Shown piece after piece: positions 43,276 to 53,326 of a stretch of DNA of 64,000 bases (position 1 is its first letter; every line of letters begins with the position of its first letter). The position numbers and the translations under genes are program-made. The DNA is taken from IMG/VR virus record IMGVR_UViG_3300031669_000010, positions 1 to 64,000 of that record. One strand, given 5' to 3'. This stretch comes from a virus. Its lineage: Duplodnaviria; Caudoviricetes. The notes beneath the pieces are model-generated. The model was given only the letters and a program-made list of their open reading frames with translations. It was not told the origin of the DNA and searched no databases.

Positions 43276-45987
43276 ATGCCTAAAATACTAAATTATGCAG
43301 ATTTCTGTGAAAACTTAGACGAAGTGACGTCTCTAAAAACATTTGGTAAGAAAAAGTTTCACCCAGCAGGATTATTCTCTGAGCAAATATTTGGCCCAGT
43401 GAGAAATTATACATGTCAGTGTGGAATTTATCATGGGGTATCAAAGTCCGGTGGTAAATGTGCTGAATGCGGAGTCGCGGTTATCAACAGCGATTCGAGA
43501 AGAAAAACATTTGCAAAAATTGTAATTCCAATCCAAGTTGTGAATCCTCTATTCTACGACTTGCTGGTAGATCTAGCCGGAAGGGGTTTTAAGAAAGCAC
43601 TTGACGATCTCATGAGGAATGACAAAAGTGTTCTATACATAGATAGTGACGAATTTGTTACCACGGATGAAGGTAGTGTTCCACAAGGGGTCCAAAAATG
43701 GGAACGAGCTGAAGCGATCAAAGTTCTTGTTGAAGGATATGCAAATGATATGGTCGAATACGGGGCGCCTGAATGGCAACTCGTATTAGATAACATTAGC
43801 AATCTTCTTATAGATACAATTATTGTATTGCCCCCTGATCTAAGACCTACATCAAAGAGTTCAGGGGAAACAAAACAATTGATGGACAAAATCAATCGTT
43901 ACTATGTCCAAATACTCACTAAGAAGGAGATAATGAGAGAAACAGTTGTAGATGTTCAAAGAGATAAAGCTCTCTATTATACCTACTTCAAACAATTACA
44001 AAAAGACGTAAGTGAGTTATACACACGAATACTGGAAAAGATGGCAAAAAAAGAGGGGTTGATTAGAGGGAATATTCTCGGTAAGAGAATTGACTTTTCA
44101 GGTCGCGCAGTCATCATACCAGATCCAACGCTTTCATTAACTGAATGTAAGCTTCCATATTTAATGGTACTTGAAATATTCAAACTACCGATCGCCAAAC
44201 GAATCATTCAACTTGGAAAATTCAAGTTACTCAATAAGGCAATTGATTATGTTAATAAGTGTATTGAAGACAGATCTCCAGTTTTATTGAGAGTTTGTGA
44301 AGAGGTAACAAACGATCAGTATTGTATACTGAACAGACAACCATCTCTTCATAAACTGGGTATGCTTGGTTTTAAGATACTGATTACATTAGATCAAGTA
44401 ATCAAAATACATCCACTTGCATGTCCTCCATTCAATGCAGATTTTGATGGGGATCAAATGGCGGTATATATACCAATTTCAAATGAGGCCAAAGAGGAGA
44501 TCATCGCTAAGATATTGATATCCAAAAATCTTAGTAGTCCTGCAAATGAAAGTCTGACAACAACACCAAGTCAAGATATAATTCTTGGAATTTACTATTT
44601 AACATCAATGGAATTCTCAGACAGGACAGTTAAATACAAAGGGAAGACAATCCCAATTGGTCAGGCTGAGTTCAATCGACAACTTCCAGAGAATTATCCT
44701 TTGGTTGAAGGAACAATTTCAGAGAAAGAACTCCTATTTGTGCTGAATAATATTAAGAATAGATACACAGAAGATGAAACAGTTGAAGTTCTTGATAATA
44801 TAAAAAAGACTGGATTCAAATTTGCAACTTTGTACGGATCAACTCTGTCACTGAAAGATTTTCCAATTGAGGGAGCGGAAGCGATAAGGGATGATATTTA
44901 CTCACGTACCGAGTTACGAGATCAACTTATTGCATTTTCAGATCCAAGTCTTATTTCAGAGTTGAAAGAAAAATTCAAATACTCATATATGATTGAGTCT
45001 GGCGCAAGAGGTAGCTGGGATCAGGTAAAACAACTTATTCTATCGAGAGGATTCATTTCAAATTTCGATGGAGAGATTTTACCTCATCCAATTAAAAACT
45101 CTTTGGTTGATGGTTTGACACAAAAAGAGTTTTTCTATTCAACATATGGTTGCCGAAAGGGACTTCTTGATGTTGCATTGAATACAGGAACGTCTGGGTA
45201 TCTATCAAGAAAGTTAATTTTCACATGCGCCAATTTACAAATTGACGAAGATGTTGATGACTGTGGTACAGAAGATTTATTAGAGGTTGATGTTAAAACA
45301 AAACGAAAGGCCAGAATGTTACTTAACAGATGGACTCTCAATGAAGAAGACAACACCCTTTATAAAATTACACATGAAAACTATAAGGACATCATTGGTA
45401 AGATGATTTATATACGAAGCCCAATTTTATGTAAAGATCCAAAAATCTGTAAAAAGTGCTACGGTGATTTATATAAAAATTTAAATAGCCGCTTCATTGG
45501 TATTCTCGCAGCTCAAACATTGGGTGAGCGTGGAACCCAATTGGTTTTAAGAACTTTCCATACTTCAGGATCAGCAGTTATTAAGGGGCAGAATAGCGAA
45601 GATAATGCTAGTTCATCCATGAAACAGAGAGATATTATTGGAGATCTTGCATCCGTTGCTGAACTTTTGCACAAATTTAAAGGCAAGACATATACAATGA
45701 TAGTCGATGAATTATTTGATGTGTATGATAAAGAAATCCATCATGTTCATTTTGAATGTGTTGTCGCTCAATTGATGTGGAAGGACCATATGAAATGGCG
45801 TCTATTAGAAGATCGTGAAAAGATAGAACCGAATTATTATAGTATTCAATCTGTACCGAATCAAGAGAGTTGGATACTGGCAATGGCATTCTCTAATCCA
45901 AAGAGATCAATATTACAAGGTATTCTGTATGAAGGTAGATATTCGGGCGTCATGGATAAAATCCTTAAAGGAGAAAAAATCACATGA
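43276..45987 (+). CDS. rpoC: Multi-subunit RNA polymerase beta'-like subunit (pair 2, probable non-virion RNAP)
   Basis: GLFSEQIFGP, Zn site CQCG...CAECG, KRIDFSGRAV, NRQPSLH, NADFDGD, GCRKGLLDVALNTGTSGYLSRKL, GERGTQLVLRTFHTSG. Confidence 0.95.
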   Translation: MPKILNYADFCENLDEVTSLKTFGKKKFHPAGLFSEQIFGPVRNYTCQCGIYHGVSKSGGKCAECGVAVINSDSRRKTFAKIVIPIQVVNPLFYDLLVDLAGRGFKKALDDLMRNDKSVLYIDSDEFVTTDEGSVPQGVQKWERAEAIKVLVEGYANDMVEYGAPEWQLVLDNISNLLIDTIIVLPPDLRPTSKSSGETKQLMDKINRYYVQILTKKEIMRETVVDVQRDKALYYTYFKQLQKDVSELYTRILEKMAKKEGLIRGNILGKRIDFSGRAVIIPDPTLSLTECKLPYLMVLEIFKLPIAKRIIQLGKFKLLNKAIDYVNKCIEDRSPVLLRVCEEVTNDQYCILNRQPSLHKLGMLGFKILITLDQVIKIHPLACPPFNADFDGDQMAVYIPISNEAKEEIIAKILISKNLSSPANESLTTTPSQDIILGIYYLTSMEFSDRTVKYKGKTIPIGQAEFNRQLPENYPLVEGTISEKELLFVLNNIKNRYTEDETVEVLDNIKKTGFKFATLYGSTLSLKDFPIEGAEAIRDDIYSRTELRDQLIAFSDPSLISELKEKFKYSYMIESGARGSWDQVKQLILSRGFISNFDGEILPHPIKNSLVDGLTQKEFFYSTYGCRKGLLDVALNTGTSGYLSRKLIFTCANLQIDEDVDDCGTEDLLEVDVKTKRKARMLLNRWTLNEEDNTLYKITHENYKDIIGKMIYIRSPILCKDPKICKKCYGDLYKNLNSRFIGILAAQTLGERGTQLVLRTFHTSGSAVIKGQNSEDNASSSMKQRDIIGDLASVAELLHKFKGKTYTMIVDELFDVYDKEIHHVHFECVVAQLMWKDHMKWRLLEDREKIEPNYYSIQSVPNQESWILAMAFSNPKRSILQGILYEGRYSGVMDKILKGEKIT

Positions 45988-46169
45988 GAGACCCAGCCCG
46001 AATTGAACGAATACTGGGTTTAATCAGGAAGGTCTGGTATGATGCTCCAGACCTTCGCCTGACCCAACTTATTATGAATGAACTGAGAATGCATAGCGAT
46101 CCTTATTATATTGAGGATGACGTTCTCGAAAAAGCATTGAAAGCATACTGCAAAGATAGGAGGATTTAA
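45984..46169 (+). CDS. Small conserved protein (MRDPARI..., YihD-like)
   Basis: MRDPARIERILGLIRKVW...PDLRLTQL...YYIEDD pattern. Confidence 0.6.
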   Translation: MRDPARIERILGLIRKVWYDAPDLRLTQLIMNELRMHSDPYYIEDDVLEKALKAYCKDRRI

Positions 46170-46172
46170 AAC

Positions 46173-49100
46173 TTGAAAATAATTAATCCAATAGCTGCAA
46201 TACAAGACGAAGATAATAACATCTTCACAATCAGACAAAGAGACTATGACAATATTTTACCTATCGTGCAAGAAATAGTTAAACCTGTTGAGGAAATTGG
46301 TTTCACAATCAATGATATTAGTTTGAAAGATTCACGTTTTTCATCGGGAGAGCTTGCCAAGACTCTTAAACAAACATTGGCTATAAAATTACAAAAAGGA
46401 ACTTCTGAAATTGATCTTAGTATTTTCATTCCCAAGCTTGTTGATGGAAACTATATTTATATCAACGGACGAAGAAAAATTCCTTTACTACAGCTTTTTG
46501 ACATTCCGATTGTAACAAGAGGAGAAAGCATAAAGCTTCGCACAAATGTAGCAACCATAATGGTATTTTCAGATAAAGAAGCCCCATTCATTCGGATTAG
46601 CTTCTTGGGTAAAAAGATACCACTTTCTTTGATACTGCTTGCGTATCATGGAATAGAACTTTGTAAAATCAAATATGATTTAGATGGTGATATTGACGAA
46701 GAGAGCGAAAACCTTTTTGAAATACTCAGATATGATTTGAGAAGTTATATTGAAGAATCAGTTGGATATGCTCCTGATGATTTTTTATTAGAACTCGGAA
46801 GGATGTATTCAAGATATAATGCAAAATCAAAGGGGGAAGATGTACTATATGCACTTGATTTAATTCCAAAAGTTGATATAATCACAGCACGATTTATGAC
46901 TTACCCAACAATCTTGGAAGAGATTTGTGAAATATTAAAGACAGGTGAAGTCGATGATATGGAGTACACAAACAAACGGGTGAGATGTTTTGAGTATATG
47001 GTAATTGCAAGAATTTCAAAGATCATATTCGATTTGTGTTTTTCAAATCGAACTGCAAGACAACCGAAGTTCAATATCAACTCAACACAAATCTTATCAG
47101 ATTGTAATGTTTCAGATATTGTTCAATTTGATTTCTCAATCAACCCAATTGAGGAATTGACAAAACTATCAAGAATAAGTCTTCTTGGTCCCGGCGGATT
47201 TAAAAGGGAAAACATTCCCAAGCATTTGAGAGATATTTGCCCAAGTATGTTTGGCCGTCTATGTCCTGTTGATACTCCAGATAGAGATAACTGTGGGGTT
47301 CTTCAAAATGTTGTCCCGAATGTACATCTTGATCAAAATTTGAAATTTGAAGCAGAGGTTCAGGATAAATTTCCTCTCTCAATTCCTGTTTCAATGACTC
47401 CATTCTTAAAGCATGACGACCAAACAAGATTACAAATGGCTGCATCCCAAATGAGGCAGGCGATCATGCTGAGAGAATTTGATGTTCCTCTTATCAGTTC
47501 AGGGTCAGAAGGACTATATACACCACACACTCAATTTGTCAAGATGGCTAAAAAACCTGGAGAGGTTGTTCATATTGACAAAGAGTATATTATAGTGGTA
47601 TATGATGATAAAGATGCTGACATATTTGATATTCGTTATAGAAAAATTTATGTTGAACACATGGATTTCATGAATATCTATGTTAAACCAGGAGACCGGT
47701 TTAGTGCAGGAGACATTTTAGCAGAAAGTAATTTCTGTAAAAATGGAAAAATTAACATTGGCAAAAATCTTCTGACTGGTGTTATGGTTTATTATGGTAA
47801 CAACTATGAGGATGGAATCGTTATTTCAGATAGACTTGTCAATGAGGACACCCTAACGTCAGTACACTATAAGGATTTATCATTCACAGTAACCCCAGAT
47901 AAAGTTCTTCTATCATTAAAGGATGGTGAATATAAACCACTACCAGATGAACTTGAAACAATTGAAAAGGGTGATACATATGCCATTTTGCAAAAGCTTA
48001 ACTCTGACGAACAATATTCGGTATTTGCCGAGAAGGTACTGTTAGAAACCCGGAAAAAGTATATCGTTTCCGAAGTTAATTTATATGGTAACTCTTGGAA
48101 CGAAGAGGTGCCTGAATATAAAGAGTGGCTTGAATCCAAACTCTCGAAGCAACAAGACAAAGAGAAGTATCTTCAAAAAGTCCTGAAAGATGTTATGTCG
48201 AAAGACGAAGCAATGAAACTTATCAGGGAAAAGAGTCTTGACAAATTCTCATTCACCGGTAAGTATAAAGAGAAGCGTGAGAGAATTAACGGATTATATG
48301 TTGAAATGTATGGAGTTCATTTCAGGAGAGTTCAGGTTGGTGATAAATTAGCTAATAGGCATGGCAATAAAGGAGTCATATCTAGAATTGTTCCTCATGA
48401 TAAAATGCCACAGCTACCTGATGGACGCCACATGGATATTTGCATCAATCCACTTGGTATCATATCGAGAATGAATATTGGTCAATTATATGAAATGCAT
48501 TTGGCCATGGCGGTTGATGCATTGAAGCAAAACATATTAAAGATGTTAGATAAAGATGTTGAGCAGAGCGAGATAAAAGAATACCTGCTGGGGTTCATAA
48601 AGATTGTTGATCGGACAGAGGACAATTGGTATTATACACAATTCTCCGAACAGATGCCGGAACAACTATCATTGGACTTCATCAAAAATCTTACAATCAT
48701 CCAAGCTCCATTTCAATCTTGCAAATTACAGCAGGTTGATGAAGCAATGCAATATGTTGGAAGCGATTTTAAATTTCCAATATATGATCCATTGTCAAAA
48801 GTTAAATTGGCAAATCCTGTTGCAGCTGGTTTCATTTACTTCTTCAGGATGGTTCATATTGCAGAGGAAAAACTTGCTGCAAGAGGGATTGGTGCATATG
48901 CAAGACGAACCCTCCAACCATTAGGTGGTCGAAAGAATAAGGGTGGTCAGAGATGTGGTGAAATGGAAACTGCGTGTTTGATTGGGCATGATGCTCCAAT
49001 TAATCTACATGAGTTTCTTACAACCAAGTCCGATTGTATTGATTTGAAAAATAATTACATTCGCAATTTCATCGATCCAAATTTAACAGATGAAAGCAAA

Positions 49101-49175
49101 GAATTAGATACAACACCCGAGTCAGTTAAACTGCTTAATTCATATCTAATAGTGATAGGAGTTGATCAAAGATGA
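46173..49175 (+). CDS. rpoB: Multi-subunit RNA polymerase beta-like subunit (pair 2)
   Basis: CPVDTPDRDNCG, ASQMRQA, GNNYEDG, GDKLANRHGNKG, NPLGIISRMNIGQ, GGQRCGEME. Confidence 0.95.
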   Translation: MKIINPIAAIQDEDNNIFTIRQRDYDNILPIVQEIVKPVEEIGFTINDISLKDSRFSSGELAKTLKQTLAIKLQKGTSEIDLSIFIPKLVDGNYIYINGRRKIPLLQLFDIPIVTRGESIKLRTNVATIMVFSDKEAPFIRISFLGKKIPLSLILLAYHGIELCKIKYDLDGDIDEESENLFEILRYDLRSYIEESVGYAPDDFLLELGRMYSRYNAKSKGEDVLYALDLIPKVDIITARFMTYPTILEEICEILKTGEVDDMEYTNKRVRCFEYMVIARISKIIFDLCFSNRTARQPKFNINSTQILSDCNVSDIVQFDFSINPIEELTKLSRISLLGPGGFKRENIPKHLRDICPSMFGRLCPVDTPDRDNCGVLQNVVPNVHLDQNLKFEAEVQDKFPLSIPVSMTPFLKHDDQTRLQMAASQMRQAIMLREFDVPLISSGSEGLYTPHTQFVKMAKKPGEVVHIDKEYIIVVYDDKDADIFDIRYRKIYVEHMDFMNIYVKPGDRFSAGDILAESNFCKNGKINIGKNLLTGVMVYYGNNYEDGIVISDRLVNEDTLTSVHYKDLSFTVTPDKVLLSLKDGEYKPLPDELETIEKGDTYAILQKLNSDEQYSVFAEKVLLETRKKYIVSEVNLYGNSWNEEVPEYKEWLESKLSKQQDKEKYLQKVLKDVMSKDEAMKLIREKSLDKFSFTGKYKEKRERINGLYVEMYGVHFRRVQVGDKLANRHGNKGVISRIVPHDKMPQLPDGRHMDICINPLGIISRMNIGQLYEMHLAMAVDALKQNILKMLDKDVEQSEIKEYLLGFIKIVDRTEDNWYYTQFSEQMPEQLSLDFIKNLTIIQAPFQSCKLQQVDEAMQYVGSDFKFPIYDPLSKVKLANPVAAGFIYFFRMVHIAEEKLAARGIGAYARRTLQPLGGRKNKGGQRCGEMETACLIGHDAPINLHEFLTTKSDCIDLKNNYIRNFIDPNLTDESKELDTTPESVKLLNSYLIVIGVDQR

Positions 49176-49366
49176 ATGAAGAGGATTATATGATGGGTTC
49201 ATGGACTTATACTAATTACACCTCTTCCACTGACAGTACTTCTGGTTATTGGATGAAACCCCAAAAAGTTTCTCTTAGAGATGTTATCGAAGAGGTCAGT
49301 AAGGAGCAGGAAGAAGATATAGAAAAACACTTACCCATATTCGACCCAAAGGATTTAGACATATGA
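49172..49366 (+). CDS. Small acidic protein ending FDPKDLDI
   Basis: 64 aa; overlaps its neighbours by 4 nt. Confidence 0.55.
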   Translation: MNEEDYMMGSWTYTNYTSSTDSTSGYWMKPQKVSLRDVIEEVSKEQEEDIEKHLPIFDPKDLDI

Positions 49367-49557
49367 GTAGAGCAGACAGTGGACCGGAGGTCATAGTTAC
49401 ACATCCCGATCCCGATGATCTATGGGATATTGATGTTGATTTTGGTGAAGAAGGGCACACCCATGAAGATGAGTATTATAATAGTGAAGTAAAAGCTGCC
49501 TATAAAGAAAAGTCAGTAAAACAACAACTCTTCGACATCAAGGATCTGGACTTATGA
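49363..49557 (+). CDS. Small acidic protein ending FDIKDLDL
   Basis: 64 aa; C-terminus nearly identical to the previous ORF's. Confidence 0.55.
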   Translation: MSRADSGPEVIVTHPDPDDLWDIDVDFGEEGHTHEDEYYNSEVKAAYKEKSVKQQLFDIKDLDL

Positions 49558-49829
49558 AAAAAATGTATTGTTCAGAATGTGGTGGCGAAATTATCGTCAC
49601 CCGAGAAGTTCCGTCCCACTCCTTTGAAATTAACATTGATTCATTGAAGTGTATTGACAATTTTGGTTTCTTGGGAGGGGATCCGGAACTTATATTTCAT
49701 TGTAGTAATGATAGAGAGCACAACATTGAACCAAAACCAGATTATGGTAACGTCTCACCCATTGACTTTGAAAAATGGAAGGATGAAGTTGAGGAATTTA
49801 TCAGTGTTAATGTGCTACCAAATTTATAG
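49554..49829 (+). CDS. Small Zn-ribbon protein
   Basis: CSECGG...CSNDREH. Confidence 0.55.
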   Translation: MKKMYCSECGGEIIVTREVPSHSFEINIDSLKCIDNFGFLGGDPELIFHCSNDREHNIEPKPDYGNVSPIDFEKWKDEVEEFISVNVLPNL

Positions 49830-49840
49830 GAGGAAAGTTT

Positions 49841-50746
49841 ATGACAAAAGATTGCTTACCAGACGTTCAATGTACACCACCAAACATTAATATCCCAATT
49901 ATGCAAGTAGGGGTTGAGAATGTTGAAGTACCATTTAAACTTGAGACAAGGGGACATACAGGATTTCATCAAATGATTGCAAATGTTGCTATCAGAACAA
50001 GCCTTGACTCTGACACAAAAGGTATTTCGATGTCTCGACTCTTACTTACATTGAAACCATATTTGGATCTACCTTTAAAGAGTACGTTAATTAAAGAGAT
50101 CCTTGAAAAGATTATTAAAAATGTTGGCCCGAGTGAGACTTTCGGAAATAGTGCTGCATATATAACATTCGATTTCAGAATGCCAATTACCAGGCAATCA
50201 GTTGTATCCGATAATCAATTTCCAATTTATTACAAATGCAGATTTGAAGGGCAGATCTATGATATTCAAATGACTAAACCCGATGGCAAGAAAGAAAGGC
50301 AGTGGCATTTCAGATTCTTTCAAGGTGCAAAAATTCAATATGCATCTTATTGCCCATGCTCTGCTGAATTGTGTAGTGTTCTCGACAGTCGGGGATTCCC
50401 ACATAATCAAAGATCGTTTGCTGATGTAATGGTTGAGGTTGACGCATATAGCAGTAAGTATGTTTGGTTGGAAGACATTATCGAGTCTGTTGAAAATGTT
50501 ATTCCTACCCTACCATATCCGATCATCAAAAGGGTTGATGAACAGGAGATTGCCAGAATTGCTGGAGAGAATCCAATGTTTGTTGAAGATGCAATTAGAT
50601 CAATATCTAATTCTTTGATGAATCTAGATGGAATTGTTGATTGGATAGTTAAGTGTAGACATGAAGAATCAATACATACATCTGAAGCAATTGCAGTCAA
50701 TTGGAAGGGAGTTCACGGAGGGTTTGACGAAAGGCGATATTTATGA
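49841..50746 (+). CDS. folE2: GTP cyclohydrolase FolE2 (type IB)
   Basis: IMQVGVENV, KGISMSRL, SYCPCSAE, PHNQRS, ENPMFVEDA, HEESIH. Confidence 0.9.
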   Translation: MTKDCLPDVQCTPPNINIPIMQVGVENVEVPFKLETRGHTGFHQMIANVAIRTSLDSDTKGISMSRLLLTLKPYLDLPLKSTLIKEILEKIIKNVGPSETFGNSAAYITFDFRMPITRQSVVSDNQFPIYYKCRFEGQIYDIQMTKPDGKKERQWHFRFFQGAKIQYASYCPCSAELCSVLDSRGFPHNQRSFADVMVEVDAYSSKYVWLEDIIESVENVIPTLPYPIIKRVDEQEIARIAGENPMFVEDAIRSISNSLMNLDGIVDWIVKCRHEESIHTSEAIAVNWKGVHGGFDERRYL

Positions 50747-51465
50747 TTGAAGTTGCAATTTCATATGGATTCGGTGCAGACAATAGATATAATCTTGAAG
50801 AGATTCCACCGAAAATACAACTAGCAAGTTATAAGTTTGATCCATTGATAGAGAATCAAGATAAAATTATTGACACATTAGAAAAAGCAGGAACTAACTT
50901 GTTGGTTGTTCACCTACCTCTTGATGTACTTCACCAAGACAAAGATGAAATACTTGATGTAATATTTACATTCAATCAGACATTTGCCTGCAATCATTTT
51001 GTAATACACCCTAACAAGGGAATTGAGGATTTTCTTGATTACTATTTGGAAAATAAATTGATGAAGCTTCCAGTCAAATATGACTATAGCTTATGTATCG
51101 AGACTTTTCAATGGAGAAAGAAAAAGAAAATACGAAGTCCTCTGGATATTATGGAGTATTGTATTAAGAATCCAGAATTTAGCATGTGTATTGATACTAG
51201 TCATATTGAATCTATATGGTTCGATCATAAAATCATGCGCACTCTTTTGAAATACACAAGCGTTATTCATCTTTCAAATCGTGCAAAGGGGCACGGTTCT
51301 CATATGCCATTCAATTCACCACATGGAGATTTAAATCTTGTTGGATTTATTAAAGATTTGAAACATATATATAAGTGGAATGGTATTATTGTTCTTGAAT
51401 ACATGCCAGAACATCAAGATAAATTACTTAAAAATTACTATTACGCAAAGAGGTTATTGGAATAA
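50743..51465 (+). CDS. Xylose isomerase/AP endonuclease 2-like TIM-barrel metalloprotein
   Basis: VVHLP, VIHP, CIET, CIDTSH, IHLSN, HMP, VLEY metal-ligand pattern. Confidence 0.7.
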   Translation: MIEVAISYGFGADNRYNLEEIPPKIQLASYKFDPLIENQDKIIDTLEKAGTNLLVVHLPLDVLHQDKDEILDVIFTFNQTFACNHFVIHPNKGIEDFLDYYLENKLMKLPVKYDYSLCIETFQWRKKKKIRSPLDIMEYCIKNPEFSMCIDTSHIESIWFDHKIMRTLLKYTSVIHLSNRAKGHGSHMPFNSPHGDLNLVGFIKDLKHIYKWNGIIVLEYMPEHQDKLLKNYYYAKRLLE

Positions 51466-52085
51466 TGGAACCTTGGGAACATGAAGCATTTAATGATCAC
51501 TATAATGGACAATGTTATCGCAATGGGAAATTTTACCAATCAAATCACCCAACTCGATATGAAACAGTTCCTGACTCACAAAGATTGGCATCAAGAAAAG
51601 GCGATATTATTAAATTCGGTTCTGGTTATTATAAAACTAAATTAGGAGATTGGAGAGATTGGTTTCCTGAGAAGAAAGACATGTATAAATTTTGGAGAAG
51701 AAACAGAACAATTCCAAATTATGCTATGGACGAATATGCTTTTATTGCCAATCGTTATAGATGGATCAAATATAAGTGGAAAGATTATAAAGATTATGGT
51801 GCTATCGCAATGATGGCAACGGGTCCCAAACCTTGCCGAATAAGAAAGTATTATACCACTCGACCATTTCATATAGTATCTGCATTTCCACACAAGAAAT
51901 TTAGAAGTGGGAATATATATGTGAAAATGAAAAAACCATTTTCCATTCGTAGTTGTGTATGGTTTTTATTTGATTTCAATCTATCAGAGTTTATTGAAGG
52001 ACTGTTAAACAAATACGGAGATGGAGAAAACTCCAGAGATATGTTTCTCAAGAAAATAAAACAAGTTTGGGAGACCAATTTATGA
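51465..52085 (+). CDS. Hypothetical basic, aromatic-rich protein
   Basis: 206-aa ORF coupled to neighbours. Confidence 0.55.
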   Translation: MEPWEHEAFNDHYNGQCYRNGKFYQSNHPTRYETVPDSQRLASRKGDIIKFGSGYYKTKLGDWRDWFPEKKDMYKFWRRNRTIPNYAMDEYAFIANRYRWIKYKWKDYKDYGAIAMMATGPKPCRIRKYYTTRPFHIVSAFPHKKFRSGNIYVKMKKPFSIRSCVWFLFDFNLSEFIEGLLNKYGDGENSRDMFLKKIKQVWETNL

Positions 52086-52477
52086 GCAATTCAAAAGAAG
52101 TTGACATTATGAAACTCTACTTCAAAGAACGTGACTATGAAGTCAATGTATTTGGAGAGTATTCAGATGACAAATCGCTAAGCTTTCCCAGTTTTCTACT
52201 ATTTTTAAAAACGTATGTTGATAAAGCTATTGCAGCATACACAGGAAAATGGGAAAGAGAATTACCTCCATGGTTAATATCGTGCAAAGAGCATGAGAAT
52301 CATGGAGTAGCACCAATAAAGGCATACGAAGAAGTTATTAAAATTCTGGCCCTTTCAGGAGCCGCGCTTGAAACATATACAAAAATTAATGCCGATAAGT
52401 GGAGAGAGAATTCCGAAGAGGATTCTAAAAAATGGAAAGATCCAGAAGACTATGTACAAAACTGGATAGATCGCTAA
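52082..52477 (+). CDS. Hypothetical protein
   Basis: Start moved to ATG 52082 (GGAG RBS). Confidence 0.6.
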   Translation: MSNSKEVDIMKLYFKERDYEVNVFGEYSDDKSLSFPSFLLFLKTYVDKAIAAYTGKWERELPPWLISCKEHENHGVAPIKAYEEVIKILALSGAALETYTKINADKWRENSEEDSKKWKDPEDYVQNWIDR

Positions 52478-52498
52478 TTTAAAGGAGAAGTAACTAAC

Positions 52499-53251
52499 AT
52501 GAATGAAAATTTATCCCAAATGGTAAGAGAAGGGCAAGGAGAAGAGGCAGTCGTATTTTCAGAGGATCAACTTGACCTTCCGGTACAGGAAGAGACCCCG
52601 GCAGCAGAAACCGGTGTGGTAGAAGCACAAACAAATGTGATTGCTATTACATCTTTATCGAATTGGTTTGAAGCGAACTGCTCATCCTTCGATAACATCA
52701 ATCAGGTGAAAGTGGCGATTCGTGGTGTCAATGGAGAACAGACACTTATCATGGCAGTGAAGGATGCTGACGGCGAGCAAGATACCGAAGGTAATGCCAA
52801 GAGAAGTCTTCGCGTATTTGAAAACGCCGATGTGCATCCAGTACTGAACATTCCCGGAGCTTCAATGGAAGTTTATAACAACGGTTTTCAGATTGTTTAT
52901 GGAATCGAGAATAATATTTTCATCAAATGTTACGGAGTGCGAACAGGCCTCATAGCTGTTTTCTGTAACAACATTGATGGAAAACTGATCCCATATGCAA
53001 CAACCCGCATCAAGAAAAAAGACACCGAGCTGGAGATTGAAACAAGTGATCCAGCAGCGGTATCGGCAAAACTATTGGCCGGTGCAGATCTAGAAGCCTT
53101 ACAGCTTCTTTATAAGCAAAGTGCCAAAGCAATTGAGGAACTAACATCCAATCAGGATGTTGTGAATTGGTTGCTTGACAGACAAGCTGAGGTCACGGAC
53201 ATTAACCATCATCTTCAAATTGATGGTGTTCTTATTGACATCTTAGCGTAA
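52499..53251 (+). CDS. Hypothetical acidic protein
   Basis: 250 aa, AAGGAG RBS. Confidence 0.7.
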   Translation: MNENLSQMVREGQGEEAVVFSEDQLDLPVQEETPAAETGVVEAQTNVIAITSLSNWFEANCSSFDNINQVKVAIRGVNGEQTLIMAVKDADGEQDTEGNAKRSLRVFENADVHPVLNIPGASMEVYNNGFQIVYGIENNIFIKCYGVRTGLIAVFCNNIDGKLIPYATTRIKKKDTELEIETSDPAAVSAKLLAGADLEALQLLYKQSAKAIEELTSNQDVVNWLLDRQAEVTDINHHLQIDGVLIDILA

Positions 53252-53257
53252 GGAGTG

Positions 53258-53315
53258 TGGGGGACAGGATGTATGCTTCGGACCTAGATGGGACAAGCGA
53301 GTGCCTAGTCCCCCA
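53258..53315 (+). other. Intergenic stem-loop
   Basis: TGGGGGAC/GTCCCCCA stem with a large structured loop; 5' arm resembles the 5375-5429 element. Confidence 0.4.
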
Positions 53316-53326
53316 TTCACTTAATT

